A DNA stretch of 64,000 bases. It comes from an uncultured Gammaproteobacteria bacterium (GTDB lineage Bacteria; Patescibacteriota; Patescibacteriia; UBA9934). Made by a program: the position numbers and the translations under genes. A model generated the notes under the pieces. The model was not told where the DNA came from. It worked only from the letters and a program-made list of their open reading frames with translations, and did not search any database. Every line of letters starts with the position of its first letter. Position 1 is the first letter of the stretch. The stretch is from contig CAZKGL010000001.1 in the NCBI GenBank assembly GCA_964552565.1, forward strand, positions 307,061-371,060. The letters run 5' to 3'. Below, one piece after another: positions 26,746 to 35,927 of the stretch.

Positions 26746-28527
26746 ATGATTACCGGCAACGAACTTCGCAAGAAGTACATCGATTTTTTCAAAACGAAAG
26801 GCCACGCCGAGATCGCGTCCGCATCCGTCGTCCCCGAAAACGACCCGACGGTGCTCTTCACGACCGCCGGCATGCACCCGCTCGTCCCGTACCTTTTGGG
26901 CGAGCCGCATCCGTCCGGCAAGCGCCTTGTCGACTACCAGCGCTGCATCCGCACCGGCGACATCGACGACGTGGGCGACAACACGCACCTCACATTCTTC
27001 ACGATGCTCGGCAACTGGAGCCTCGGCGATTACTTCAAGAGGGAGTCGATTGCATGGAGCTTCGAGTTTTTGACGTCGCCGGAGTGGCTCGGCATTCCAT
27101 TGTCGCATCTGTCGTTCACGGTGTTCGAGGGCGACGAGAACGCGCCGTTCGACGATGAGGCGTACGGCCATTGGACGCAGCTCGGCGTCGCGCCGGAGCG
27201 CATTGCGAAGCTCGGCAAGGAGGACAACTGGTGGGGTCCGGCGGGCAAGACCGGTCCGTGCGGTCCGGACACGGAGATTTTTTATTGGACGGGGGAGGGC
27301 GAGGCGCCGGCCGTGTACGACCCGAAGGACAAGCGCTGGATGGAGATCTGGAACAACGTCTTCATGCAGTTCAACAAGCAGGAGGACGGCACGCTTGCGC
27401 CGCTTGCCGCGGGGAGCGTCGACACGGGCATGGGGCTCGAGCGCACCATCGTCGCCCTGCAGAAGAAGGCGAACGTGTACGAGACCGAATTGTTCACCGG
27501 CATCCTCGGCGCCATCGAGCGGCTGTCGGGCAAGGCATACGCGTCCGACGCCGACGTCACGAAGTCGATGCGCATCATCGCCGACCACCTCCGTGCCGCG
27601 TCCGTCATGGTGATGGATGGCGTCGCGCCGTCGAACAAAGACCAGGGGTACATTCTCCGCCGCCTTGTGCGCCGCGCCATCCGGCACGGGCGCAAGCTTG
27701 GCGTCGAGAGCGGCGCGCTGATCCCGGCGGTCGTCGGCGAAATCGCCGCGTCGCTTGGCGAGGCATATCCAAAACTCGTCGAAACGCAATCGGACATCGT
27801 CGCGGCCATCGATGCCGAGGCGAAGAAGTTTGAGAAGACGATCGCGCAGGGCTTGAAGGAGTTCCAGAAGATTTGGGAAAAGAAGCAAGCGATTTCCGGT
27901 GAAGACGCATTCAATCTGTACCAGTCGTACGGCTTCCCGCTCGAGGTGACGCAGGAGCTGGCGGCAGAGCAGGGGCAGCAGGTTGATCGTGACGTCTTTG
28001 CGTCGGAATTCAAGAAGCACCAGGACCTCTCGCGCGCGGGCGCGGAGCAGAAGTTCGCCGGAGGCCTCGCGGACCATTCCGCCGAGACGACGCGGCTCCA
28101 CACCGCGACGCACCTCGTGCACCAGGCGCTGCGCGATGTGCTCGGCCCGCACGTGGCGCAGAAGGGGAGTAACATCACTGCCGAGCGCATGCGCTTTGAC
28201 TTTTCGCATCCCGAAAAGATGACGCCGGAGCAGATCGCCGAGGTCGAACGCATCGTCAACGAACAGATCAAAAAAGACATGCCGGTGCACTTCGAGCTCC
28301 TCACGGTCGAGGAGGCGAAGGCGCGCGGCGCGATTGGCCTCTTCGAGGACAAGTACGCGGCCATCGGCGGCAAGATCAAGGTCTACTTCATGGGCGACTA
28401 CTCGAAGGAGATCTGCGGCGGCCCGCACGTCGAGCACACGGGTGAACTCGGCGGCTTCAAAATCGTAAAGGAAGAGGCCGTGTCGGCGGGTGTCCGACGT
28501 ATCAAAGCCGTTCTTGGTTCAACATAG
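26746..28527 (+). CDS. alaS: Alanyl-tRNA synthetase (short form without C-Ala domain)
   Basis: LFTTAGMHP, WGPAGKTGPCGP, EIWNNVFMQ, DTGMGLER, HTATH and EICGGPH editing motifs; ends GVRRIKAV. Confidence 0.97.
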   Translation: MITGNELRKKYIDFFKTKGHAEIASASVVPENDPTVLFTTAGMHPLVPYLLGEPHPSGKRLVDYQRCIRTGDIDDVGDNTHLTFFTMLGNWSLGDYFKRESIAWSFEFLTSPEWLGIPLSHLSFTVFEGDENAPFDDEAYGHWTQLGVAPERIAKLGKEDNWWGPAGKTGPCGPDTEIFYWTGEGEAPAVYDPKDKRWMEIWNNVFMQFNKQEDGTLAPLAAGSVDTGMGLERTIVALQKKANVYETELFTGILGAIERLSGKAYASDADVTKSMRIIADHLRAASVMVMDGVAPSNKDQGYILRRLVRRAIRHGRKLGVESGALIPAVVGEIAASLGEAYPKLVETQSDIVAAIDAEAKKFEKTIAQGLKEFQKIWEKKQAISGEDAFNLYQSYGFPLEVTQELAAEQGQQVDRDVFASEFKKHQDLSRAGAEQKFAGGLADHSAETTRLHTATHLVHQALRDVLGPHVAQKGSNITAERMRFDFSHPEKMTPEQIAEVERIVNEQIKKDMPVHFELLTVEEAKARGAIGLFEDKYAAIGGKIKVYFMGDYSKEICGGPHVEHTGELGGFKIVKEEAVSAGVRRIKAVLGST

Positions 28528-28613
28528 ACCCATCCCGAGGCGGATGCCGAGGGACCTAGAAAAACGTCGTCACAGCGTCTGCTGGGTCCCTCCTGGCGTC
28601 GGGATGGTTTCAT

Positions 28614-29102
28614 ATGCCGATACTCCTCACAATTCTTCGTCCCTTCGCCGCAGTGGTGTTCTGGGCGATGGCGCGGTACCAGCGCCGCTACGGTCGGTTG
28701 CCGGAATGGTATTTTTTCCGCTTGCCGAAAATTGCCGTACAGACGGCGTGCGAGGTGCTCGTCATGCGTGGCGACGAACTCCTGCTGACCAAGCGTCCCG
28801 CAGACGATCCGTACTGGCCGTCGCAGTGGCATTTCCCCGGGACGCTCATCCGCCTTGCCGACGACGAGGCGTCGATCATGCGTCGACTTGCACGCGAACT
28901 CGGCGTCGATGCGCTTCCCTCGCGTCCGGTGCTGCACGCGACGGAGCTCTGGACGAACGAGCGCGGCCGTCATTTGCACGTGTTTTATCGGATGGATGTC
29001 CCAACGGACGCAACGTTTCCCGAGGGAACATTTTTCCCGCTTGCTGCGTTGCCCGGCGACATGATCGCGTACCAACGGGAACAGCTTCACCGCGTTCGTT
29101 GA
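28614..29102 (+). CDS. NUDIX-fold hydrolase (degenerate Nudix box)
   Basis: LLLTKRPADDPYW..WHFPGT...RLARELG. Confidence 0.7.
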   Translation: MPILLTILRPFAAVVFWAMARYQRRYGRLPEWYFFRLPKIAVQTACEVLVMRGDELLLTKRPADDPYWPSQWHFPGTLIRLADDEASIMRRLARELGVDALPSRPVLHATELWTNERGRHLHVFYRMDVPTDATFPEGTFFPLAALPGDMIAYQREQLHRVR

Positions 29103-29173
29103 GCATCGCCATTTCTCCGTTATACACACTCCCGCTTGCCCGGTCCCGATATCAGTCCGACAATATCGGTACT

Positions 29174-29617
29174 ATGCCCGAACGAGAACCGCACCGCCCC
29201 GATAACGAAACGCGCGCACGGCTCGAGGACATCAAGGCGCAGGCGAGGAAGATGCTCTTCGAAGACCCTGACCCGGAAACGCGCTACCAGGCGTACCAGC
29301 AGTACATCCGCGCGGCGGACAAGCTGGGCGATGCGTTTTCCGACCGGGAAATCCCGCTCGCGGTGAAGGGAAAGAGTTTGGATCGTGAGGCGTTCGCCGC
29401 GTGGGAATCCGGACGCGCAGGGCGCGAGCTCCAGGCAAAAGAGATCGGCGCGGCGATCGATAGGCGATGGGAGGCGGAAAGCGCCGCGCGGCGCGATGCG
29501 GCGATCGCCGAGGCCGCGAAGCTGCGCGAAACGCTGGAACAGGAGGAGCACACCGATCCTTTGGGCCACGCGCGGGAGTTCCGCATACAGGATTTTTTGA
29601 AAAAGGACGAGGAATAA
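29174..29617 (+). CDS. Hypothetical charged helical protein
   Basis: MPEREPHRPD...; 3' part of ORF 28490..29617. Confidence 0.65.
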   Translation: MPEREPHRPDNETRARLEDIKAQARKMLFEDPDPETRYQAYQQYIRAADKLGDAFSDREIPLAVKGKSLDREAFAAWESGRAGRELQAKEIGAAIDRRWEAESAARRDAAIAEAAKLRETLEQEEHTDPLGHAREFRIQDFLKKDEE

Positions 29618-29731
29618 GTAGGGTTCCACGCGTTCTTGACGTTTTCCTTATGGTTCGGTACACTCTGGGCGCCTCAAAAACGTCCCTTTTCTTGCATAGT
29701 TAGCGGAGATTTGCTATAGTCCCGCTACCGT

Positions 29732-29947
29732 ATGGCAGAAAAGATGTTTATTGAGATGCGCGGCGAGGTGCTTGAAGCCCTGCCCGCAGGCGCGTTCCGG
29801 GTCAAACTCGAGAACGACCAAGAGATTCTCGCTCACCTGTCAGGAAAGATGCGTCAGAACCGCATCCGCATCCTGCCCGGCGACGATGTCAGGATTGAGA
29901 TCAGCCCGTATGATCTCACGAAAGGACGCATCACGTTCCGCTTCTAA
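29732..29947 (+). CDS. infA: Translation initiation factor IF-1
   Basis: [32 protein letters not shown]. Confidence 0.98.
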   Translation: MAEKMFIEMRGEVLEALPAGAFRVKLENDQEILAHLSGKMRQNRIRILPGDDVRIEISPYDLTKGRITFRF

Positions 29948-30036
29948 AGCAGACGGCATGACGTCCTTCGACAGAATCATCTCGTTCCTTGTGGGATGAT
30001 TTTGTCGTAAAAGGAGGCACGATAATTAACTGCGTT

Positions 30037-30153
30037 ATGAAAGTACGCGCATCCGTCAAAAAGATGTGCCGCGAATGCCAGGTGGTGCGCCGCCAGGGCC
30101 GCGTGCACGTCATTTGTCCCAAGACTCCTAAGCACAAGCAGCGTCAAGGCTAA
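30037..30153 (+). CDS. rpmJ: 50S ribosomal protein L36 (not in ORF track)
   Basis: [38 protein letters not shown]. Confidence 0.98.
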   Translation: MKVRASVKKMCRECQVVRRQGRVHVICPKTPKHKQRQG

Positions 30154-30156
30154 CCT

Positions 30157-30543
30157 ATGGCACGTATCGCCGGAGTAACCCTCCCCAGCAACAAGCGCAT
30201 CGTCATCGCCCTGCAGTACATCTACGGGATCGGTGCGACCCGCGCCCAAGACATCCTGAAGCGCGCCAAGGTGAGCGAGGACACCCGCGCCAAAGACCTC
30301 ACGGCCGACGAAGAGAACGCCATCCGCGTCATCGTGGAAAAGGAGTTCCGCGTCGAAGGTGAACTGCGCCGCGAAGTCATGGGTAACATCAAGCGCCTGA
30401 AAGACATCGGTTCGTACCGTGGCGCACGCCACACGAAGAACCTGCCGGCCCGCGGCCAGCGCACGCGCACGAACTCGCGCACCCGCCGTGGCAACGTCCG
30501 CAAGACTGCGGGCAGCGGCCGCCGCATCCTGACGAAGACCTAG
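30157..30543 (+). CDS. rpsM: 30S ribosomal protein S13
   Basis: [23 protein letters not shown]. Confidence 0.98.
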   Translation: MARIAGVTLPSNKRIVIALQYIYGIGATRAQDILKRAKVSEDTRAKDLTADEENAIRVIVEKEFRVEGELRREVMGNIKRLKDIGSYRGARHTKNLPARGQRTRTNSRTRRGNVRKTAGSGRRILTKT

Positions 30544-30552
30544 TCTCCTGCT

Positions 30553-31035
30553 ATGAGCGAAGAAATGATCAAGACTGACGCCCCGGCGGCTGAGGCCCCG
30601 GTATCGACGGAGGAGGGCAAGGCTGCCGTCGCCAAGAAAGGCGACAAGGCGCAGCGCACGGCAAAGGGCAAGAAGCGCGTCGTACGCGCCGTGCCCCAGG
30701 GCCGCGCCTACATCCAGGCGAGCTTCAACAACACGATCGTCACCCTGACGGACGCCAACGGCAACACCCTTTCGTGGGCGAGCGCCGGCAACTGCGGGTT
30801 CAAGGGCCCGAAGAAGGCGACCCCGTACGCGGCGAGCATGATCGTGAAGAAGATCGCGGAGCAGAGCGTTCCGTACGGCGTGAAGGACCTGCACGTGTTC
30901 GTCAGCGGCATCGGCAACGGCCGCGACGGCGCGCTCCGCGCACTGAACGCCAACGGTTTCAACGTACTTTCGATTAAGGACCTGACGCCGGTCGCGCACA
31001 ACGGGTGCCGCCCGCGCCGCGCCCGCCGCGTCTAA
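30553..31035 (+). CDS. rpsK: 30S ribosomal protein S11 (N-terminal extension)
   Basis: ASFNNTIVT, GFKGPKKATPYAA, PVAHNGCRP. Confidence 0.98.
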   Translation: MSEEMIKTDAPAAEAPVSTEEGKAAVAKKGDKAQRTAKGKKRVVRAVPQGRAYIQASFNNTIVTLTDANGNTLSWASAGNCGFKGPKKATPYAASMIVKKIAEQSVPYGVKDLHVFVSGIGNGRDGALRALNANGFNVLSIKDLTPVAHNGCRPRRARRV

Positions 31036-31038
31036 TCT

Positions 31039-31662
31039 ATGGGTAAGACTCTCAACAAACTTGGGAAGATGAGCCGCCGCGAGGGCGTGCCGCTTTCGAC
31101 GAGCGCGAGTATCATCAAGGTGATGCAGCGACGCCCGTATGCGCCGGGTGCACACGGCAAGAAGAACGCAGGCCGCCCGCCGCGCCTGTCCGTCTTCGGC
31201 CAGCAGCTGCGCGAAAAGCAGAAGGCGAAGCGCCTCTACGGCATCATGGAACAGCAGTTCCGCAACTACTTCACCAAGGCCTCGCGCCTGGAGGGCAACA
31301 CGGGTGAACACCTGAGCCGCCTCCTCGAGCTGCGCCTCGACAACGTCGTGTTCCGCCTCGGATTCGCGAAGACCCGCCCGCAGGCCCGCCAGATGGTCAG
31401 CCATGGCATGTTCCTCGTGAACGGCGAGAAGGTGAACATCCCGTCGTATCAGGTGCGCATCGGCGATATCGTCGAGCTGCGCCCGAACAAGAAGGACAAG
31501 AAGGTGTTTGGCGACTTGGAAGACCGCTTGAAGACCGTCACGGTCCCGGGCTGGCTCCACATGGAGGCTGCGAAGGGCAAAGTGGTCAGCGTTCCTGCAG
31601 GCGAGGACCTTAAGGAAGCGTTCGATCCTAAACTCATCGTCGAGTTCTACTCGATGCGATAA
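31039..31662 (+). CDS. rpsD: 30S ribosomal protein S4
   Basis: QLREKQK, LELRLDNVVFRLG, ARQMVSHG, IVEFYS. Confidence 0.98.
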   Translation: MGKTLNKLGKMSRREGVPLSTSASIIKVMQRRPYAPGAHGKKNAGRPPRLSVFGQQLREKQKAKRLYGIMEQQFRNYFTKASRLEGNTGEHLSRLLELRLDNVVFRLGFAKTRPQARQMVSHGMFLVNGEKVNIPSYQVRIGDIVELRPNKKDKKVFGDLEDRLKTVTVPGWLHMEAAKGKVVSVPAGEDLKEAFDPKLIVEFYSMR

Positions 31663-31674
31663 TATCGCCCTTCT

Positions 31675-32418
31675 ATGGAGAACATTCTCCTTCCGTCCAA
31701 GATGTACTTCGCCCCTGGCGAGCGCGAGCATGAGGCCATCCTCACCATCGAGCCTTTGCACCACGGGTACGGCACCACGGTCGGCAACACGCTCCGCCGC
31801 ATCCTCCTCTCGTCCCTTCCGGGCGCTGCGGTGGTCGGCATGAAGATCAAGGGCGTCCAGCACGAGTTCTCGGCCGTCACCGGCGTCAAGGAAGACGTGC
31901 TCGAGATCATGCTCAACTTGAAGCAGTTGCGCATGAAGGTGCACAGCGAAGAGCCGGTCACGCTGAAGCTCACCGCGAACAAGGCGGGCGAGGTCACGGC
32001 GGCCGACATCGCGCCGAACGCGGATGTCGAGATCATGAACAAGGAACTCGTCATCTGCACGCTGACCGACGCCGCGAACTTCGACATGGACATCGTCGTG
32101 TCGCGCGGCCGCGGCTACCTCCCGACGGAGGAGCGCGAAGAGACGACGTCGGAGATCGGCATGATCGCGGTTGACGCGATGTTCAGCCCGGTCCGCCAAG
32201 TGGGTCTTCGCATCGAAAACACCCGTGTCGGCGAAATCACGAACTACGACAAGCTCATCATGAGCATTGTGACCGACGGGACGGTGACGCCCCAGGAGGC
32301 GGTCGAGCACGCGACGAAGATCATCCTCAACCACTTTACCTGGATCCAGAGCCAGTTGAGTCACGCCTCCCTGACCGAACAGATCGCGAAGGCGGCGGAC
32401 GCATCGGCCGAGGGCTAA
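31675..32418 (+). CDS. rpoA: RNA polymerase alpha subunit (247 aa, no alpha-CTD)
   Basis: EPLHHGYGTTVGNTLRRILLSS, HEFS, DAMFSPV, TRVG..YDKL. Confidence 0.97.
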   Translation: MENILLPSKMYFAPGEREHEAILTIEPLHHGYGTTVGNTLRRILLSSLPGAAVVGMKIKGVQHEFSAVTGVKEDVLEIMLNLKQLRMKVHSEEPVTLKLTANKAGEVTAADIAPNADVEIMNKELVICTLTDAANFDMDIVVSRGRGYLPTEEREETTSEIGMIAVDAMFSPVRQVGLRIENTRVGEITNYDKLIMSIVTDGTVTPQEAVEHATKIILNHFTWIQSQLSHASLTEQIAKAADASAEG

Positions 32419-32424
32419 GTCACT

Positions 32425-32775
32425 ATGCGCCACCGAAAGAATAAAAAGACATTCAGCAGGCACACCTCGGCCCGCAAGGCCCTGGTGCGTGACCTTGTCA
32501 CGAGCGTCGTCACCTACGAGAAGGTCGAGACGACGATTGCCCGCGCCAAGGTGACCCGCCCGGCGCTCGAGAAGCTTATTACGCTCTCGAAGCGCGGCGA
32601 CCTTGCCGCGCGCCGCGCGCTCCTCGCGTACTTCACGACCGAACAGCCGGTCAAGAAGCTCCTCGAGGTGCTCGGCCCGCGCTACAAGGACCGCACCGGC
32701 GGCTACACCCGTATTACGAAGCTCGGCACCCGCAAGGGCGACGCGGCCGACTTGGCGCTCATCGAACTCGTGTAA
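32425..32775 (+). CDS. rplQ: 50S ribosomal protein L17
   Basis: MRHRK, TTIARAK, GGYTRI. Confidence 0.98.
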   Translation: MRHRKNKKTFSRHTSARKALVRDLVTSVVTYEKVETTIARAKVTRPALEKLITLSKRGDLAARRALLAYFTTEQPVKKLLEVLGPRYKDRTGGYTRITKLGTRKGDAADLALIELV

Positions 32776-32776
32776 T

Positions 32777-33145
32777 ATGGCAACGAAGAACATCACCACG
32801 GTCCGCAAGACCGTCACCATCGACGCGACGGGCAAGGTGCTCGGACGCTTGGCGACCTCGATTGCCATGAACCTCATGGGCAAGACGAGTGCGGCCTACG
32901 TGCCGAACGTCGACGCCGGCAATGCCGTCGTCGTCACCAATGTCGCCGGCATGAAGGTCACCGGCAAAAAGTACGAGCAGAAGGAGTACTTCCGCCACAG
33001 CGGCTGGCCGGGCGGCATCCACAAGAAGACGATGCGCGAGATGTGGGAGAAAGACCCGGCAGAGGTGCTCCGCGCAGCGGTGTCCCGCATGCTCCCGAAG
33101 AACAAGCACCGCACCAACCGTTTGAAGCGCCTCACCATCTCGTAA
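32777..33145 (+). CDS. rplM: 50S ribosomal protein L13
   Basis: IDATGKVLGRLAT, HSGWPGG, MLPKN. Confidence 0.97.
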   Translation: MATKNITTVRKTVTIDATGKVLGRLATSIAMNLMGKTSAAYVPNVDAGNAVVVTNVAGMKVTGKKYEQKEYFRHSGWPGGIHKKTMREMWEKDPAEVLRAAVSRMLPKNKHRTNRLKRLTIS

Positions 33146-33146
33146 T

Positions 33147-33542
33147 ATGGCAGAAAAGTATTTCCAGGCTATCGGCCGCCGCAAGACCGCCATCGCGCAG
33201 GTCCGCCTCTATCCGGGCGGCAGCGGTACGATCACGGTGAACGACAAGCCGTACGATGCATTCTTCACCACGCCGACCCTTCGCGCCGCAGTCTTGCGTC
33301 CGCTGAAGGAGGCGGGGAAGGCGACCGCGGTCAACGTCACGGTGAAAACCGTCGGCGGCGGCCCGACCGGCCAGGCCGACGCGACCAAGCTCGGCATCGC
33401 CCGCGCGCTCGTCATGTACGACGAGGCGCTCAAGCCGTCCTTGAAGGCGCACAGCCTCTTGACGCGCGACCCGCGCAAGAAGGAGCGCAAGAAGTTCGGT
33501 AAGCACGGTGCCCGCCGCTCGCCGCAGTGGCGCAAGCGCTAA
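33147..33542 (+). CDS. rpsI: 30S ribosomal protein S9
   Basis: GRRKTA, GGGPTGQA, LTRDPR.KERKK, PQWRKR. Confidence 0.98.
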   Translation: MAEKYFQAIGRRKTAIAQVRLYPGGSGTITVNDKPYDAFFTTPTLRAAVLRPLKEAGKATAVNVTVKTVGGGPTGQADATKLGIARALVMYDEALKPSLKAHSLLTRDPRKKERKKFGKHGARRSPQWRKR

Positions 33543-33546
33543 GCAA

Positions 33547-33587
33547 CAAACAAAAACCCTCTCGCTCCGGCGAGGGGTTTTTGTTTG
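33547..33587. terminator. Intrinsic terminator, copy 1 of a triplicated hairpin
   Basis: CAAACAAAAACCCTCTCGCTCCGGCGAGGGGTTTTTGTTTG. Confidence 0.85.
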
Positions 33588-33593
33588 CATGCG

Positions 33594-34028
33594 CTATGCC
33601 GCGCGTCGGATGCATTGTCCCAGCCAGGTGACGAGGTCGTTTTGCACGGCTTTGTTATCTGTCGATGAGGATTCAGCGACACGGATAACCGTCGCTTCAA
33701 GTTGTTCGGGTGGACAGGTAAATTCGTATCCGTTGATGGCGAGGAACACGATGAGCGCAGTACAGGCGATTCGCTTGTTACCGTTGTGCAGCGCATGTGC
33801 TTTTACAATGCCATAAAAGAGCACCGCAGCCTTCTCCTCGAAGCGAGGATACAGTTCTTGGCCTGCAAATGACTGTTGCGGACTGAAAAGTGCTGCATCC
33901 AGTTTGTGCAATTCGTTACGAGGGTCATCGAATGCGGGCATCGGCTCTCCGTATCGCGCAAACATCTCATTCGCAAGCGTCAACGCGAGTGTACGCAAAT
34001 CGTCCATTGTTAAGTAACGGACAGACAT
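33594..34028 (-). CDS. Doc/Fic family toxin (death-on-curing type)
   Basis: PQQSFAGQELYP, KAAVL, HALHNGNKR variant of the Doc HxFxxGNKR motif. Confidence 0.9.
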   Translation of the reverse strand: MSVRYLTMDDLRTLALTLANEMFARYGEPMPAFDDPRNELHKLDAALFSPQQSFAGQELYPRFEEKAAVLFYGIVKAHALHNGNKRIACTALIVFLAINGYEFTCPPEQLEATVIRVAESSSTDNKAVQNDLVTWLGQCIRRAA

Positions 34029-34030
34029 GG

Positions 34031-34186
34031 CTATTTGTCCGCAAGATTGCGCAAAACTTGACCGTAGCGCTCTACGGTCATCCGCGTCGCCTCTTCGACG
34101 CTGATCCGCTTTGTCGGCATCTTCTCGACGTGCCGGCGGGTCAACGAGCGGATCTTTTTCTTTGCCTCATGGTAGAGTTTGCGCAT
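34031..34186 (-). CDS. Putative antitoxin (51 aa; not in ORF track)
   Basis: MRKLYHEAKKKIRSLTRRHVEKMPTKRISVEEATRMTVERYGQVLRNLADK; ends 2 nt before the Doc start; C-terminal RY..VL..LA helix resembles Doc antitoxins. Confidence 0.7.
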   Translation of the reverse strand: MRKLYHEAKKKIRSLTRRHVEKMPTKRISVEEATRMTVERYGQVLRNLADK

Positions 34187-34317
34187 AGGAGAGGGTCTCG
34201 TTCCATCATACAGAAGGCATCAGATCCTGCCAACTCGCTCGTGCACCGTGCGGGGTTGCGCGATTTCTATCCCCAGAACAGATTGTGGGGCAGCGTACGT
34301 TTGCTATTCTTTCGCAT

Positions 34318-35538
34318 ATGAAAAAGCACATCTGGCTGTGGACGTCGTATGATCTGGCGAATTCACTGGCGTCCGTGACGGTGGCGTTTTACTTCAGCCT
34401 TTGGCTCGTCAAAGAACGCGGCGCGTCCGACCTTTGGGTCAGCCTTCCCATGGCGATCGCGACGTTCATCCTTCTCATCACATTGCCGTACTTCGGCAAA
34501 CTGTCCGACCAGATGGGGAAGCGCAAGCCATTCCTTGCGGTCACGACGACCGTCGCCGCAGCGGCACTCATGGCGCTCGGATGGTACGCCTCTGGCGTCG
34601 ATGTGCTCACGAACGGGTCGCTTGCCGTCATCGTCATCCTTTTCTCTGTCTACCAGTATTGCTTCCAGGCGGCACTTGCATTTTACATGGCGTATCTGGC
34701 CGACCTCGCCGTTGCGAAGTCGAAAGAAGCAGTCGCTGGTCTTGGCGTCGCTGCGGGCCAGATGGGGAATATCATCGGACTTATTGTCGCATTGCCCTTG
34801 GCCGAACAGTCCGGCCGTCCGATGGCACTCCTGCTCGGTGGTGCGATGTTTCTCGTCGTGGCGCTCCCGATGCTCATCTGGTTGCCGGAAGCCAAACGCA
34901 CGAGCGGACAGGCGGTCATGGCATCGCCAAAGGAGATGCTGCGCTCACTGAAGGATATCCGCGCCGTCCCAGGTTTGCTCCGTTACCTCCTGGTCTTCTA
35001 CCTTTTCGCGGATGCGCTGTTGACGCTGAACGCCTTCGTATCCCTTTACCTTGAAGAAGTTGGAGGAATGACCGACAAGACAAAGACGCTGGTGATGGTC
35101 ATTGGGCTGTTGCTTGCAGTGTTAAGCGGTACGGTCGCCGACCGTTTGATGCGTGCAATCGGAAGCCTCAAACGTGCCATGTCCGTCCTCATCCTCACGT
35201 GGGTCGTATTCATCATCGCGCTTGCGCTTGTGACGTCCCCAGTCGCGTTCGGCATCGTGGCATCCCTGAACGGCTTCGCATTCGGTGCGCTCTTCGCGCT
35301 TTCCCGCGCCTACTACTCCGACCTTGCGCCGCGCCACCGGCAGGGTGAATTCTTTGGCTATTACGTCCTCTTCGAGCGTTTCGCATCCATGATCGGCCCG
35401 CTCTTGTGGAGCCTTGTCGCACTGCTCTTTATTGATCTCGGCGCCGACCGGTACCGGTTTTCCGTCGCCTCGCTCGCCATCCTCGTTGCGCTGAGTTACG
35501 TCCTCCTCCGGAAGGTTCCTGAGCCAAAGCGCTTGTAA
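34318..35538 (+). CDS. MFS transporter (UMF1/ATG22-like)
   Basis: WTSYDLANS, GKLSDQMGKRK, GEFFGYY; about 12 TM. Confidence 0.88.
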   Translation: MKKHIWLWTSYDLANSLASVTVAFYFSLWLVKERGASDLWVSLPMAIATFILLITLPYFGKLSDQMGKRKPFLAVTTTVAAAALMALGWYASGVDVLTNGSLAVIVILFSVYQYCFQAALAFYMAYLADLAVAKSKEAVAGLGVAAGQMGNIIGLIVALPLAEQSGRPMALLLGGAMFLVVALPMLIWLPEAKRTSGQAVMASPKEMLRSLKDIRAVPGLLRYLLVFYLFADALLTLNAFVSLYLEEVGGMTDKTKTLVMVIGLLLAVLSGTVADRLMRAIGSLKRAMSVLILTWVVFIIALALVTSPVAFGIVASLNGFAFGALFALSRAYYSDLAPRHRQGEFFGYYVLFERFASMIGPLLWSLVALLFIDLGADRYRFSVASLAILVALSYVLLRKVPEPKRL

Positions 35539-35571
35539 CAAAAACCCTCTCGCTCCGACGAGGGGTTTTGT
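35538..35571. terminator. Terminator hairpin, copy 2
   Basis: ACAAAAACCCTCTCGCTCCGACGAGGGGTTTTGT. Confidence 0.85.
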
Positions 35572-35587
35572 AATATAATGATTATAT

Positions 35588-35848
35588 ATGACTCGAAAAC
35601 AATGGGGATGGTGTTTCATAATCATTCCCTGGGTTGGGCTGGCAATAATAATTCTTTGGCAAGCGTTGGACAGCCCAGTTTCTTACGATCCTGCTGCTAT
35701 GGTTGATACACGGTCGCAGGTAAATGCGGCTGCAATTCGAGGCGTTTTTACCATTATCTCTTTCACAGGAATTTTAGTTGGCAATCCTCTAGGTATCTAT
35801 CTTATAAGGTCAGCTGATCGGAAGAAAAATATTTCCCCTGGTCGGTAA
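35588..35848 (+). CDS. Small two-TM protein, low GC
   Basis: Clean ORF between two terminator copies; AT-rich codons. Confidence 0.65.
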   Translation: MTRKQWGWCFIIIPWVGLAIIILWQALDSPVSYDPAAMVDTRSQVNAAAIRGVFTIISFTGILVGNPLGIYLIRSADRKKNISPGR

Positions 35849-35876
35849 AGCCTCTCGCTTCACGCGAGGGGTTTTT
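35847..35876. terminator. Terminator hairpin, copy 3 (divergent)
   Basis: AAAGCCTCTCGCTTCACGCGAGGGGTTTTT. Confidence 0.75.
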
Positions 35877-35927
35877 GGTTGCAATTGGATGAGACTGCTG
35901 GTAGCCTAAGGTGCACTGGAGGTGTCC

